DNA of 52,789 bases from Candidatus Faecimonas gallistercoris (lineage in GTDB: Bacteria > Bacillota_I > Bacilli_A > RF39 > UBA660), in assembly GCA_018712565.1 (NCBI GenBank), contig DVGU01000057.1, positions 1 to 52,789 on the forward strand. Direction: 5' to 3'. Below are positions 1 to 10,498 of this stretch, one piece after another; positions within the stretch are counted from its first letter, which is position 1; the number at the start of each line of letters is the position of its first letter. A program made the translations under genes and the position numbers. Under the pieces are notes generated by a model. It did not search any database. It was not told the origin of the DNA and was given only the letters and a program-made list of their open reading frames with translations.

Positions 1-2
1 GG

Positions 3-416
3 GAATCAGGATTATCTGTTCCAGATGCTGAAATGCTTATATCTATATCAGAAGTTTTTGAAACTCCAGTTAGTGAAATTCTAGGTGAAAACATTGAAGA
101 AAAAGAAAAGAATGATATAAAAGTAATATCAGAAAAATTAGAAATTATAAATGAACAACTATCTAGGAAACAAAAACAAAAAAGGAAAAGAACAATAAAT
201 TTTTTAATAGTTTTGGATGTGTGTATTATATTACTTTTTATAATATTAGCTATATTAGGTAGTCCATATCAATCTTGGGATTATAGTAATCCTGAATGGA
301 GCGTTATTGGAACAATATGGCATTCTTTTGAATGGATATTCTTTAAAGTTGCACCAATTATAGTTATAGTTATTACGTTAATTTTAGCAATAATTTTAAT
401 AAAAAGAAATAAATAA
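3..416 (+). CDS. XRE-family HTH regulator with C-terminal transmembrane segments (5'-partial)
   Basis: The frame is open from base 3 (ESGLSVPDAEMLISISEVFETPVSEILG), the end of an XRE HTH. Two hydrophobic helices follow. Confidence 0.8.
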   Translation, partial: ESGLSVPDAEMLISISEVFETPVSEILGENIEEKEKNDIKVISEKLEIINEQLSRKQKQKRKRTINFLIVLDVCIILLFIILAILGSPYQSWDYSNPEWSVIGTIWHSFEWIFFKVAPIIVIVITLILAIILIKRNK

Positions 417-577
417 TAAATTACTATTTTTAAAACAAATACTATAAAATATTAAATGTTATGTTTAAGGGACATATTTCCAGTTCTAAATGGTAGATAT
501 AAGGGCAATAAAATATTATAATTATATTAGATATTTAAAGAGCTCTTTGTATCAGAAAATGAAAGGAATGATTTGAA

Positions 578-940
578 GTGAAATTTAATGAAAAATTAAT
601 AAAGTTAAGAAAAGCAGCAGGACTTTCACAAGAAGAACTAGGAAATAAATTAAATGTAGCAAGACAAACTGTTAGTAAATGGGAATTAGGTGAAACAACT
701 CCTGAAATGGACAAATTAGAAGAATTATCTGATCTTTTTGAAATTAGTATAGATGAATTAGTAAAAGATAGATCAATTCCTAATGCTATAATTAAAGAAA
801 TTAGTAGAAAAAAAGTTGATTCATTGTATCGAGATTCACAAAGTGTAAAAAGTGTAATTAAAATATATTTAGTGATAGGTACAGGAATATTAATGTTTTT
901 TGCATTAATAGTGATTTATGGTATATTTTTTGCTAAATAA
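578..940 (+). CDS. XRE-family HTH regulator with C-terminal membrane anchor
   Basis: LRKAAGLSQEELGNKLNVARQTVSKWELGETTP; hydrophobic C-terminus; GAAAGGA RBS. Confidence 0.9.
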   Translation: MKFNEKLIKLRKAAGLSQEELGNKLNVARQTVSKWELGETTPEMDKLEELSDLFEISIDELVKDRSIPNAIIKEISRKKVDSLYRDSQSVKSVIKIYLVIGTGILMFFALIVIYGIFFAK

Positions 941-983
941 AATGATTTAACATTAGTTTATAATTTGGTTCTAATGCCATAAT

Positions 984-1018
984 AAGATTATCAGATGAAA
1001 ATGATAGTCTTTTTCTTT
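984..1018 (+). terminator. Rho-independent terminator
   Basis: AAGATTATC...GATAGTCTT stem followed by a T-rich tail. Confidence 0.6.
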
Positions 1019-1021
1019 TAC

Positions 1022-1035
1022 TTACAAAACTGTAA
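1022..1035. promoter_or_regulatory. BceR-type response-regulator binding site
   Basis: TTACA-AAAC-TGTAA palindrome matching the TNACA-N4-TGTAA consensus of Bce-like modules, just upstream of the ABC ATPase. Confidence 0.75.
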
Positions 1036-1087
1036 TTTTATATTTTATTAATATATTTTATAATATTATCAGAGAGGAGAAAATTAT

Positions 1088-1852
1088 ATGGAAGTTTTAA
1101 AATTAGAAAATGTAAAAAAGTATTATGGCGTGAATACGAATATTACAAAAGCAGTAGATGGAATTTCTTTTGATGTAGATGAAGGTGAATTTGTCGCTAT
1201 TATGGGAGCAAGTGGCTCTGGTAAAACTACATTATTAAATTGCATTTCTACTATTGATAATGTTACTGCTGGACATATCTATGTTGGTGGTAAAGACATT
1301 ACAGAAATCAAAGAAGATGATATGGCTGATTTTAGAAAAGAAAATTTAGGCTTTATTTTCCAAGATTTTAACTTGCTAGATACTTTAAGTATCGAAGAAA
1401 ACATTTCTTTATCTTTAATTATCAATAATGAAGATCCAAACAAAGTTGATAATAAAGTAAAAGATATTGCTACTAAATTAGGAATTGCAGATGTTTTAAA
1501 GAAGTTTCCTTACGAAGTATCAGGAGGTCAAAAACAAAGATGTGCTTGTGCAAGAGCTTTAATTAATCATCCAAAATTAATTTTAGCAGATGAACCAACT
1601 GGTGCATTAGATTCTAAATCTTCAAGAATGCTTTTGGAAACAATGAATGATATGAATGATAAATTAAAAGCAACTATTCTTATGGTTACACACGATTCGT
1701 TTAGTGCTAGTTTCTGTAAAAGAGTATTATTCTTAAAAGATGGTAAAATTTTCAATGAGATAGTTCGTGGTAATAAATCAAGAAAAGATTTCTTTGATGA
1801 AATAATTGATGTCTTAACACTCCTTGGAGGAGATGTAGGAAATGTTAAGTAA
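1088..1852 (+). CDS. BceA-type ABC transporter ATP-binding protein
   Basis: Walker A GASGSGKT, signature VSGGQKQR, Walker B ILADEPT, H-loop VTHD. Confidence 0.95.
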   Translation: MEVLKLENVKKYYGVNTNITKAVDGISFDVDEGEFVAIMGASGSGKTTLLNCISTIDNVTAGHIYVGGKDITEIKEDDMADFRKENLGFIFQDFNLLDTLSIEENISLSLIINNEDPNKVDNKVKDIATKLGIADVLKKFPYEVSGGQKQRCACARALINHPKLILADEPTGALDSKSSRMLLETMNDMNDKLKATILMVTHDSFSASFCKRVLFLKDGKIFNEIVRGNKSRKDFFDEIIDVLTLLGGDVGNVK

Positions 1853-3815
1853 ATTAGCATTTCGTAATGTTAAACGAAGTGCAAAAGATTATGTAATTTA
1901 TTTAATTACAGTAACTTTAGCTTTTTCTTTTATTTTTGCATTTAACTTAATGGGAAATTCTAAAGAAATATTGAATTTATGTGATGTAATGAATAATTTT
2001 GCATTGGTAATGTATTTTGTTAATGCATTTATTATAGTTGTTGTATGCTTTTTAATTAATTATACAGTTAAATTTATGTTTAGCAAAAGAAGTAAAGAAT
2101 TTGGAACATATATGTTACTTGGAATAAAGAAGAAAAAAATAACAAAGATGTTTACTTTTGAAAATATTATTTTGGGTTTCTTTTCTTTATTAATTTCAAT
2201 TCCTATCGGTTATATTTTTAGTCTTTTTATGTCATTCATAGTTACAAGAATGTTTGAATTGGATTCTATTGTTAAGATTACTTTTAATTTAAATTCTGTT
2301 TTATTACTGTTGCTTTATTTTGCTTTAATATATTTATTTGTTTTATTTTTAGCAAGACACAGAATAAAAAAAGTAAAAATACATGATTTATTATATTTAG
2401 AAAAGCAAAATGAAGAGAAAAGATTTAAAAAGAATAAAGTTAGAAATGTAGCATTTATTGTTTCTTTAATTGTTGGTGTTGTTGCAATGTTTCTTTTTGA
2501 TAAGCAGTTTAAAGGGATGGGGACAGAACCATCTTTCGTAATAATTTTCTTATGTATCATTTTAATTATTATAAGTATTTATGGGGTTGCTATTACATTA
2601 TCTGATTTTATTTTAAAAATAGTTTTAAAAAATAAAAAAATTAAATATAGTAAAGATAATTTATTTATAGCAAGGACATTTTCCTCTAAAGTAAAAACAA
2701 TGAGTTTTACTTTAGGAACGTTGACAGTATTAATTACATTTACTTTAATAGCCTTAAATTTATCTAGCTTATTTAAAGGAATGTTTGACTATCAGTTAGA
2801 GTTAGCATCTCCTTATGATATTAGTATCAAAGAAATTGATAAAAACAATATTTCCGAATATATAAATTTTATTCAAAGTGATTATACCATTGAAGAAAGT
2901 TTTAGCTATCATGGATATAAAGAAACAAATCGATATATAAGTAATTCTTTAGGAGAATATAGTGGCTGGAGAGATTATGACCAAGTAATTAAGCTAAGTG
3001 ATTATAATAAATTATTAGAATTAAGAGGCGATAAGAAAGTTAGTTTAGCTGATGATGAATATTTGATTAATACAGTAAAAGAGTTAGGAGATAAAATTGC
3101 AAATGAAGATTCCATCAAAACACTTACTTTATCAAATGGAGTTAAGCTAAAGCAAAAGGAAGTTCTTACTACTGGTTACACTTATTCTTGGGGTGTTGGA
3201 TATGGCTTTATAATCGTAGTTCCTGATAATGCTATTACGGGTTTAGAAGAGGGTGCTACAAATCTTATTGTTAATACAAAGGAAAAAACAACAGAAACTT
3301 TTGGAAAGAAATTGACAGCTTTTATAAGTCCAGATATTTGTAATGAAACTGAAGATGGATATACTATGTGTTATTCTTCAGGCAATTTAACAGTAAGAGG
3401 TCAAGAAGAGGCTACTAATAATGGATTTATAACAATCATATCTTTTGTTTGTTTTTACATAGCATTTATCTTTATTGCAGTGGTTGGAACAATCCTAGCT
3501 ATTCAATCACTTAGTGATTCTACAAAATATCAATATCGTTATAGAGTTTTAAGTAAACTAGGAGTTCGTGATGAGATGTTAAATAAAACAATATTTAAAC
3601 AACTATTTGTGTTCTTTATTTTTCCTGTTTTTTATCCACTTATCATTAGTTTTGTTACTTTAACATCTCTAAATAAAGTATTTAATATTGCATTAACAAC
3701 AAATACAGTTTACTTGATATATTATTTTATTAATTTGATTGTGTTTATATTAATTTATTCAATATATTTTATAGCTACTTATTACGGCTTTAAAAGAAAT
3801 ATTGAAAGAAATTAA
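1842..3815 (+). CDS. BceB/FtsX-like ABC permease (paralog 1)
   Basis: About 650 aa, multi-TM, RSKEFGTYMLLG motif, large extracytoplasmic loop. Confidence 0.92.
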   Translation: MLSKLAFRNVKRSAKDYVIYLITVTLAFSFIFAFNLMGNSKEILNLCDVMNNFALVMYFVNAFIIVVVCFLINYTVKFMFSKRSKEFGTYMLLGIKKKKITKMFTFENIILGFFSLLISIPIGYIFSLFMSFIVTRMFELDSIVKITFNLNSVLLLLLYFALIYLFVLFLARHRIKKVKIHDLLYLEKQNEEKRFKKNKVRNVAFIVSLIVGVVAMFLFDKQFKGMGTEPSFVIIFLCIILIIISIYGVAITLSDFILKIVLKNKKIKYSKDNLFIARTFSSKVKTMSFTLGTLTVLITFTLIALNLSSLFKGMFDYQLELASPYDISIKEIDKNNISEYINFIQSDYTIEESFSYHGYKETNRYISNSLGEYSGWRDYDQVIKLSDYNKLLELRGDKKVSLADDEYLINTVKELGDKIANEDSIKTLTLSNGVKLKQKEVLTTGYTYSWGVGYGFIIVVPDNAITGLEEGATNLIVNTKEKTTETFGKKLTAFISPDICNETEDGYTMCYSSGNLTVRGQEEATNNGFITIISFVCFYIAFIFIAVVGTILAIQSLSDSTKYQYRYRVLSKLGVRDEMLNKTIFKQLFVFFIFPVFYPLIISFVTLTSLNKVFNIALTTNTVYLIYYFINLIVFILIYSIYFIATYYGFKRNIERN

Positions 3816-3827
3816 GGAGGCGATAAA

Positions 3828-5804
3828 GTGTTAAGAAAATTAGCAATTAGAAATGTAAAGCGTAGTAGTCGTGACTATATTATTTACCTAATTACTATTA
3901 CAATAGCATTTTCGCTTATGTTTGCTATGAATTTAGTATCATGGTCTGATGCTATTGTAGAAATTTATGATACTATGAATGATTCATTTAAAAATATTGT
4001 TATATTTATCAATGTAATAGTTGTGTTTGTTATTTGCTTTTTAATTAATTATACAACAAAATTTATGTTTTCTAAGCGAAGCAAAGAATTTGGTACTTAT
4101 ATGTTACTGGGAATTAAAAAGAAAAAGATTTCAAGATTATTTTTGTTAGAAAATATTCTATTTGGAATCATTGCTCTTATACTTTCTATTCCCATAGGAT
4201 TTGTATTTAGTCAATTTATTTCGTTATTTTTAGTTAAAGTAATGGAATTACCACAAGCCATATTTATAGAATTTAATTTCATGTCTATTGTACTATTATT
4301 ACTTTACTTTTTACTTATTTATTTATTTGTTTTATTTTTAGCTTACCGAAGAATTAAAAAGATAAATATTTATAATTTATTATATTTAGAAAAACAAAAC
4401 GAAGAAAAAGTAATCAAGACTAAAAAAAGACGTAATTTATTATTTATTATCAGTATTTTAATAGGAATTGGCTCATTTATTTTTCTAAATTCTACTTTTA
4501 CCAATGATGTTATAATGGATCAGTCTATATTAACATACGCCATAGTTGGAATATTCTTATTTATCATAAGTATTTATGGAGTGATGTTTAGCTTATCGGA
4601 CTTTCTACTTTCTATTGTTTTGAAAAATAAAAAAATTAAATATAGTAAAGATAATTTATTTGTAGCTAGAACATTCTCATCTAAAGCAAGAACAATGGGC
4701 ATGACACTTGGAACACTTGGCGTTTTAATTATGTTTACTTTACTATTTTTAAATTTTTCTAGTTTGAATAAAGCCTCTTATGATTATATCAATGAAGTTA
4801 CTTCACCTTTTGATATTTCAGCATTTTTTGAAACAGAAGAACCTCTTTCAAAAGTTTATGATGTTGTAGATGAAAATTACACAATTGTAGATAGTGTTAG
4901 ATATAATGTTTATATGGATACAAACTCCAATATAGAAAAACTATTACCAGCTTATGATTATAAAAGTGAACCTTATGACAAGATTATTAAAATAAGTGAT
5001 TATAATCATTTATTAAAAATGAAAGGTAAAAATGAAGTTGCTTTAAATAGTGATGAGTATATTTTAGTGTATGATACTAGCGAAACTTCTTTAGCTAATG
5101 AAAATTTAATAAAAACCATTACGTTATCTAACGGTCGAACTCTTAAACAAAAAAGTGCAACTACCGAGCTTTATTTTTCAGGATTAACAAATGCTGATTA
5201 TGCAATAGTTGTTCCAGATGAAGTAGTAAAAGGCTTGGATATTTACGAATATTTTATATCTATTGATACAACGGAAGAAACAACAAGCCAATTAAAAAAA
5301 ATTCTTGTAGAGGCTTTACGTTCTGATTTATGTGAAAAAGATGAAGAAGGACAGGAATTTTGTTCTACATATCGTATTAATGTAAGAGGTACTACATTAG
5401 AAGAAGGTAATATATCATCAGCAATTGTAACTGCAATTAGCGTTTATATGTCATTTATTTTCTCGGCAATCGTTGGAACGATACTGGCAATACAAACATT
5501 AAGCGATAGTGCTAAATATAATTATCGTTATAAAGTATTAAAAAGGCTTGGTGTAAATGATGGAAAAATCTATAAGACAATTAGAAAACAACTTTATATC
5601 TTATTTGGTGTACCAGCTATTTATCCAATTATTATTAGTTTTGGTTTTGTATATTTATTAAATAGAGTATATAAGTCAATTCTCCCAAGTCCAACATTTT
5701 ATTTAAGTTGTTTTGGTGTAAGTATCTTGATATTTATAATGATATATGTAATTTACTTTATTGCAACTTATTTTGGATTTAAAAGAAACATTGATAAGAG
5801 TTAG
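3828..5804 (+). CDS. BceB/FtsX-like ABC permease (paralog 2)
   Basis: Same architecture and shared motifs (RSKEFGTYMLLGIKKKKI, KNKKIKYSKDNLF) as the upstream permease. Confidence 0.92.
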   Translation: MLRKLAIRNVKRSSRDYIIYLITITIAFSLMFAMNLVSWSDAIVEIYDTMNDSFKNIVIFINVIVVFVICFLINYTTKFMFSKRSKEFGTYMLLGIKKKKISRLFLLENILFGIIALILSIPIGFVFSQFISLFLVKVMELPQAIFIEFNFMSIVLLLLYFLLIYLFVLFLAYRRIKKINIYNLLYLEKQNEEKVIKTKKRRNLLFIISILIGIGSFIFLNSTFTNDVIMDQSILTYAIVGIFLFIISIYGVMFSLSDFLLSIVLKNKKIKYSKDNLFVARTFSSKARTMGMTLGTLGVLIMFTLLFLNFSSLNKASYDYINEVTSPFDISAFFETEEPLSKVYDVVDENYTIVDSVRYNVYMDTNSNIEKLLPAYDYKSEPYDKIIKISDYNHLLKMKGKNEVALNSDEYILVYDTSETSLANENLIKTITLSNGRTLKQKSATTELYFSGLTNADYAIVVPDEVVKGLDIYEYFISIDTTEETTSQLKKILVEALRSDLCEKDEEGQEFCSTYRINVRGTTLEEGNISSAIVTAISVYMSFIFSAIVGTILAIQTLSDSAKYNYRYKVLKRLGVNDGKIYKTIRKQLYILFGVPAIYPIIISFGFVYLLNRVYKSILPSPTFYLSCFGVSILIFIMIYVIYFIATYFGFKRNIDKS

Positions 5805-5862
5805 AGGGTAATGTAATCTAACTCTTTTTATAGTATAATATTAATAGAAATGTGGTGATGTT

Positions 5863-6522
5863 ATGAATATTGTAATTGTTGAAGATGATCCAATTATCAG
5901 AGAAAAACTATCTATACTTTTGCAAGATGCTGGTTATAAAACTACATTGATAGAAAATTTTGAAAATGTCGTAGATAATTTGTTAGAAATAGATGCTAAT
6001 TTGATTTTACTAGATATTAATTTACCTTATATGGATGGTTATGATATATGTAAAAAGATAAAAGAAAAATCAAACATACCAATTATCTTTGTTACAAGTC
6101 GTGATACAACAGAAGATGAAATTAAAAGCATTAGGGTAGGTGGCGTTGATTTTATAACAAAGCCATATAATAAAATTGTTTTACTTGAAAAAATCAAAAG
6201 AGCATTAAAATTAAATAATCCTATTAATTTTAGAGAACTAACTAAAAACGGTTATACTTTGGACTTGCATTTATCCATCTTGAAATATCAAGATAAGGAA
6301 ATAGAATTAACACGTAACGAGTTTCGTATTCTTTATTATTTCTTCACTAATTCGGGAAGACTTATTACTAAAGATGAATTATTAGAAAAACTTTGGAATG
6401 ATAAGTATTATTTAGATGATAATATTTTATCAGTAAATATTAATCGTTTAAGAAATAAAGCAAAAGAGATAGGAATTACTGACTTTTTAACAAATATAAG
6501 AGGAAAGGGATATAAACTATGA
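5863..6522 (+). CDS. OmpR-family response regulator (BceR-like)
   Basis: VEDD, LLDINLP receiver motifs; winged-helix C-terminus (RGKGYKL). Confidence 0.95.
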   Translation: MNIVIVEDDPIIREKLSILLQDAGYKTTLIENFENVVDNLLEIDANLILLDINLPYMDGYDICKKIKEKSNIPIIFVTSRDTTEDEIKSIRVGGVDFITKPYNKIVLLEKIKRALKLNNPINFRELTKNGYTLDLHLSILKYQDKEIELTRNEFRILYYFFTNSGRLITKDELLEKLWNDKYYLDDNILSVNINRLRNKAKEIGITDFLTNIRGKGYKL

Positions 6523-7520
6523 AATTGTCGAGTTATTTAGAGAATAAAATATTTTATATTCTATTTCAAATATCAACCATCATTGTATTATCAGTTTTAT
6601 TAGGTTTTGCTGAAATACCATTATTTTATATTGCTTTAATTGATATTATTTTATTAGTTCTACTAATTAGTTATTTATTTTGTGATTATCATTTCCAAAA
6701 GAAAAAATATTTGCAAATTACTGATTTAGTTGATGCTTTAGATGAAAAGTATTTTATATCAGAGATAATTCCTAAAAGTAGTAATGTAGAAAATAAGGCA
6801 TATATCTATGCTTTAAAACAAGCAACAAAATCAATGAATGATAAGATAAGTAAATTGGAACAAGAAAATTTAGATTATCGAGAATATATAGAAAGTTTTG
6901 CTCATGAAATTAAAACACCAATTTCGGCATTATCTTTATCATTTGATAATAGTAAAGATAAAATATCAAAAAAAGAATTAAATAAAATTGATATGTATGT
7001 AGATCAGATTTTATATTATGCACGAAGTGAGAATCCAGAAAAAGATTATTTTATAAAAGAACTAAACTTATCTGATGTTATTCATAAAGTTTTATTAAAA
7101 TATAGGGTATATATACTGGATGAAAAAATATCAGTACAAGTGAATCATTTAGAAAAGAAAATATATAGTGATGAGAAATGGTTAATATTCATTGTTTCAC
7201 AAGTCATTCAAAATTCAATTAAATATATGAATAAGAAAGATAAAAGGATTGAGATAAATGCAAGTGAAAATAAAGATAATGTGATATTATCTATAAAGGA
7301 CAATGGCTGTGGAATCAAAGATAGTGATTTATCTAGAGTATTTGAAAAGAGTTTTACTGGTAGTGATAGAACTAAATCAAAATCTACTGGTATTGGTTTA
7401 TATCTTTCTAAAAAGATTTGTAATAAGTTAGGACTTGAAATCAATATATATTCAAAGTACAAAGAAGGGACTAAAGTTGAAATTATTTATCCGAAAAGTA
7501 ATTTTAATAAAATGGATTAA
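6519..7520 (+). CDS. Intramembrane-sensing histidine kinase (BceS-like)
   Basis: Two adjacent N-terminal TMs, H-box AHEIKTP, NSIKY, DNGCGI, GIGLY. Confidence 0.95.
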   Translation: MKLSSYLENKIFYILFQISTIIVLSVLLGFAEIPLFYIALIDIILLVLLISYLFCDYHFQKKKYLQITDLVDALDEKYFISEIIPKSSNVENKAYIYALKQATKSMNDKISKLEQENLDYREYIESFAHEIKTPISALSLSFDNSKDKISKKELNKIDMYVDQILYYARSENPEKDYFIKELNLSDVIHKVLLKYRVYILDEKISVQVNHLEKKIYSDEKWLIFIVSQVIQNSIKYMNKKDKRIEINASENKDNVILSIKDNGCGIKDSDLSRVFEKSFTGSDRTKSKSTGIGLYLSKKICNKLGLEINIYSKYKEGTKVEIIYPKSNFNKMD

Positions 7521-7545
7521 AGCTACTAATTTAGTAGTTTTTTTA
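7519..7545 (+). terminator. Rho-independent terminator
   Basis: GCTACTA-ATT-TAGTAGT stem-loop followed by a T run. Confidence 0.6.
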
Positions 7546-7564
7546 ATTTCTATATTGTATGGTA

Positions 7565-7604
7565 TTGACAAACTGTTATAAAGTGTTATAATTAGAACAT
7601 AACA
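7565..7604 (+). promoter_or_regulatory. SigA promoter with overlapping inverted repeat (probable YtrA-type operator)
   Basis: TTGACA (7565-7570), TG-n-TATAAT (7587-7592); CTGTTAT...ATAACAG inverted repeat flanking the -10. Confidence 0.65.
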
Positions 7605-7626
7605 GATGAAACAGTGAGGTGAAAAA

Positions 7627-8004
7627 ATGAATATTATTATTACTAATAGTAGTGGTATTCCAATATTTGAACAAATAGAGAATGCCATAAAAGAAGCAAT
7701 TTTTTCTAACGAACTTAAAGAAGGAGAAATGTTACCATCTGTAAGAAGTTTAGCCAATGATTTGAAAATAAGTTTTTTGACTGTTAAACGTGCTTATGAT
7801 GAATTAGAAAAAGCAGGTTTTATTAAAACAGTGCAAGGAAAAGGAAGCTATGTATCACCTAAAAATTTGGATTTAATCAAAGAAGAGAAATTAAAAGAAG
7901 TTCAGGATTATATAGAAAAGATTTATGAAGTATCTAAACTTTCTAATATTTCTAAAGAGGAAATTAGTGAATTATTTAAAATGATTTTTGAGGAGGAATT
8001 GTAG
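7627..8004 (+). CDS. GntR-family (YtrA subfamily) regulator
   Basis: PIFEQI...LPSVRSLA...TVKRAYDELE...GKGSYV, short C-terminus, upstream of an ABC pair. Confidence 0.93.
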   Translation: MNIIITNSSGIPIFEQIENAIKEAIFSNELKEGEMLPSVRSLANDLKISFLTVKRAYDELEKAGFIKTVQGKGSYVSPKNLDLIKEEKLKEVQDYIEKIYEVSKLSNISKEEISELFKMIFEEEL

Positions 8005-8859
8005 ATGAATAATATTGAAATTAAAAATGTTACTAAAAAGTATGATGGATTTTTATTAGACAAAATAAGTTTTGATGTTCCAGCTGGCTCTATTGTAGGT
8101 TTAATTGGGGAAAACGGTGCTGGTAAAACGACAACAATTAAGTCAATATTAAATATTATAAAATCAGAAGGTACTGTAAAAATATTTAATAAAGATATTA
8201 ATCAAAATGAAAAAGAAATAAAACAAAATATTGGTGTAGTATTAGATGATAGTTTCTTATCTACTTATCTAACACCTAAATATATAAATTCAGTTATGAA
8301 AGAGTTTTATAAAAACTGGGATGAAGAAAAATACAATAAATTGTTAAAGCAATTTGGTTTACCAAGTGACAAATTAATTAAAGATTTTTCAAGTGGTATG
8401 AAGATGAAATTAAAAATTGCAACGGCTATTTCACATAATCCAAAACTTTTAATACTAGATGAGCCTACAAGTGGATTAGATCCTGTTGTTAGAAATGAAA
8501 TACTTGATATATTTAGAAAATATATTGAAGAAGATGAAACAAGATCAATTTTATTATCTTCACACATCACTACTGATTTAGAACATATTTCTGATTATAT
8601 AATTTTTATTGATAGAGGTAAAACAATTTTAAATGTTCCAACAAATGAATTGTTAGAAAATTATGGTATTATTAAATGTAGTAAAGAAGAGTTTGCAAAG
8701 ATTTCTGAAGATGATTATATCAGTTATAGAAAAAGTAAATATCAATATGAGGTACTTACATCGGATAAGAATAAGATTAAAAAGAAATATAATATTAGTT
8801 CAATAGATAAGCCATCTATTGAAGATATAATGTTATTTTATATAAGAGGAGAAAGATAG
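8005..8859 (+). CDS. ABC transporter ATP-binding protein
   Basis: GENGAGKT, FSSGMKMK, LILDEPT, SSH. Confidence 0.93.
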   Translation: MNNIEIKNVTKKYDGFLLDKISFDVPAGSIVGLIGENGAGKTTTIKSILNIIKSEGTVKIFNKDINQNEKEIKQNIGVVLDDSFLSTYLTPKYINSVMKEFYKNWDEEKYNKLLKQFGLPSDKLIKDFSSGMKMKLKIATAISHNPKLLILDEPTSGLDPVVRNEILDIFRKYIEEDETRSILLSSHITTDLEHISDYIIFIDRGKTILNVPTNELLENYGIIKCSKEEFAKISEDDYISYRKSKYQYEVLTSDKNKIKKKYNISSIDKPSIEDIMLFYIRGER

Positions 8860-8861
8860 TT

Positions 8862-9536
8862 ATGATAAAAGGATTATTAAAAAAGGACTTATACAATTTA
8901 GCAAGTTATAAAACCACATTAATTATTGTTGTATTGTTTTGTGGTATTGCGATAATCGGTACTGATGCAATATACTGGGGTTCAGTAGTGATTGGAATTA
9001 TAGTTGGTATGATTTCTTTATCAACATTTAGCTATGATGAAATGTCAAAATCTAATAAATATATTTTAACTTTACCAGTTACTAGAAAAGAAATTGTTTT
9101 AGAAAAATATGTTTTGGCTATTGGAGCAACTATCTTAGGTGGGATACTTGGGTTTATAGTAACATTATTAGTTGGTAATGTTATGAATTATTTAAGACCA
9201 GATAATTTGATAGATATAAACATTGAAACATTACTTGCTACATCTGTTGGAGGAATGTTTGGCATTTCTTTAATTCAGTCAATTCAAATTCCTAGTATCT
9301 TTAAATGGGGTGCTGAAAAAGGTAGAATACAAATGTTTATGGTATTATTTGTTCTAGTTATAATTGGAGCAATTGCAGGATTTCTTTTAAAGCAAGCAGG
9401 ATTAAGTGTAGATATTGAAAAGTTAGAAAATATATTAAATAATTTCGGCTTAGTTGCACTTATTTTGCTATCATGTTTAATGTATTTTATAAGTTATAAA
9501 ATTTCTTATAAGATATATAAAAATAAAGAAGAGTAA
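8862..9536 (+). CDS. ABC-2 type permease
   Basis: Multi-TM protein with LPVTRKEIVLEKY motif. Confidence 0.88.
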   Translation: MIKGLLKKDLYNLASYKTTLIIVVLFCGIAIIGTDAIYWGSVVIGIIVGMISLSTFSYDEMSKSNKYILTLPVTRKEIVLEKYVLAIGATILGGILGFIVTLLVGNVMNYLRPDNLIDINIETLLATSVGGMFGISLIQSIQIPSIFKWGAEKGRIQMFMVLFVLVIIGAIAGFLLKQAGLSVDIEKLENILNNFGLVALILLSCLMYFISYKISYKIYKNKEE

Positions 9537-9547
9537 TGAAGACTCGG

Positions 9548-9997
9548 TTATTTAATTTCCGAGTCTTTTGTTTTGCCACAAAGCCAATCAATAGATACTT
9601 TATAATGTTTCGCAAATTCAATTAAAGCATAGGTATGAATATACATTTTACCTAATTCACATTTAGAGTAGTTTGATTGATCTACATTGATGATATTTGC
9701 AACCTTTTCTTGAGTATGCTTATTTTTAGTTCTTGTTTCCTTTAAATTATTACCTAAAACACTTTTATCAATTTTATCATTGATAACATCATATTTTTTG
9801 GTATTAGTAAGCCCACAAATATAATCTAAACTCACACCATAATAATTGCAAAAATCATTTAGTTTTGGGAGAATAATAGCATCAAGCCCATTTTCCCATC
9901 CAGCATAAGTTGATCTACTTACACCTAAAATACCAGCAAGTTCTTTCTGTGTATTCCCAAAGTAAGTTCTTATGTCTTTCATTCTTTCATATATCAT
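9548..9997 (-). CDS. Double-HTH XRE regulator, probable ICE repressor
   Basis: Two tandem XRE domains (TQKELAGILGVSRSTYAGWE; TQEKVANIINVDQSNYSKCE). It is the only minus-strand gene of the element and is divergent from the transfer region. Confidence 0.85.
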   Translation of the reverse strand: MIYERMKDIRTYFGNTQKELAGILGVSRSTYAGWENGLDAIILPKLNDFCNYYGVSLDYICGLTNTKKYDVINDKIDKSVLGNNLKETRTKNKHTQEKVANIINVDQSNYSKCELGKMYIHTYALIEFAKHYKVSIDWLCGKTKDSEIK

Positions 9998-10104
9998 ATA
10001 ACGACACCTCTAATATAATTTTCCCATTTAAAATAGAAATATTTAAAAAGTGTCGGTGTATTACCTAAAAACGTGATATAATAAGAACAGAAAGGAAGGA
10101 TATA

Positions 10105-10413
10105 GTGTATTATTTAGATTTTAAAGATTACGTTCGAATTGTATTAAAATCCTTACTTGCATCATTAATAATAGTTCCCATTTTTCTTGAAATTTGTTTC
10201 TTAATAAAAACTAATATAGATTTTTCTTATTTTGTTTGTGATTCATGTGATATTCCGAGAGATTTAGCAATATCAGTTATGAGTATGGGGTTTGCTAATA
10301 ATATGATATTTTTATTAAGCGTTTTTGAGTTTGGAGTTATTTATTACTTATTTACTAAAATAAAAAACTCCAAACTCTATACTATTGTTTGGGAATTTAT
10401 GACAAATTTATGA
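10105..10413 (+). CDS. Hypothetical membrane protein
   Basis: GAAAGGAAGG RBS, GTG start, two hydrophobic segments. Confidence 0.7.
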   Translation: MYYLDFKDYVRIVLKSLLASLIIVPIFLEICFLIKTNIDFSYFVCDSCDIPRDLAISVMSMGFANNMIFLLSVFEFGVIYYLFTKIKNSKLYTIVWEFMTNL

Positions 10414-10498
10414 AATGGGTTATAAATATCATATTTATGTGGTACAATTATTTACATAAGTCCAAATTAGTATTTGTGTAGTGAAAAGAGGATTTAGT

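Noticed and set aside
8845-8864. ABC ATPase ends ...IRGER, resembling the tag
   Set aside because: It lacks the acidic pair and hydrophobic residue; GGAGAAAGA is the RBS of the next gene. This shows RBS overlap alone can yield ER-stop but not the full motif.
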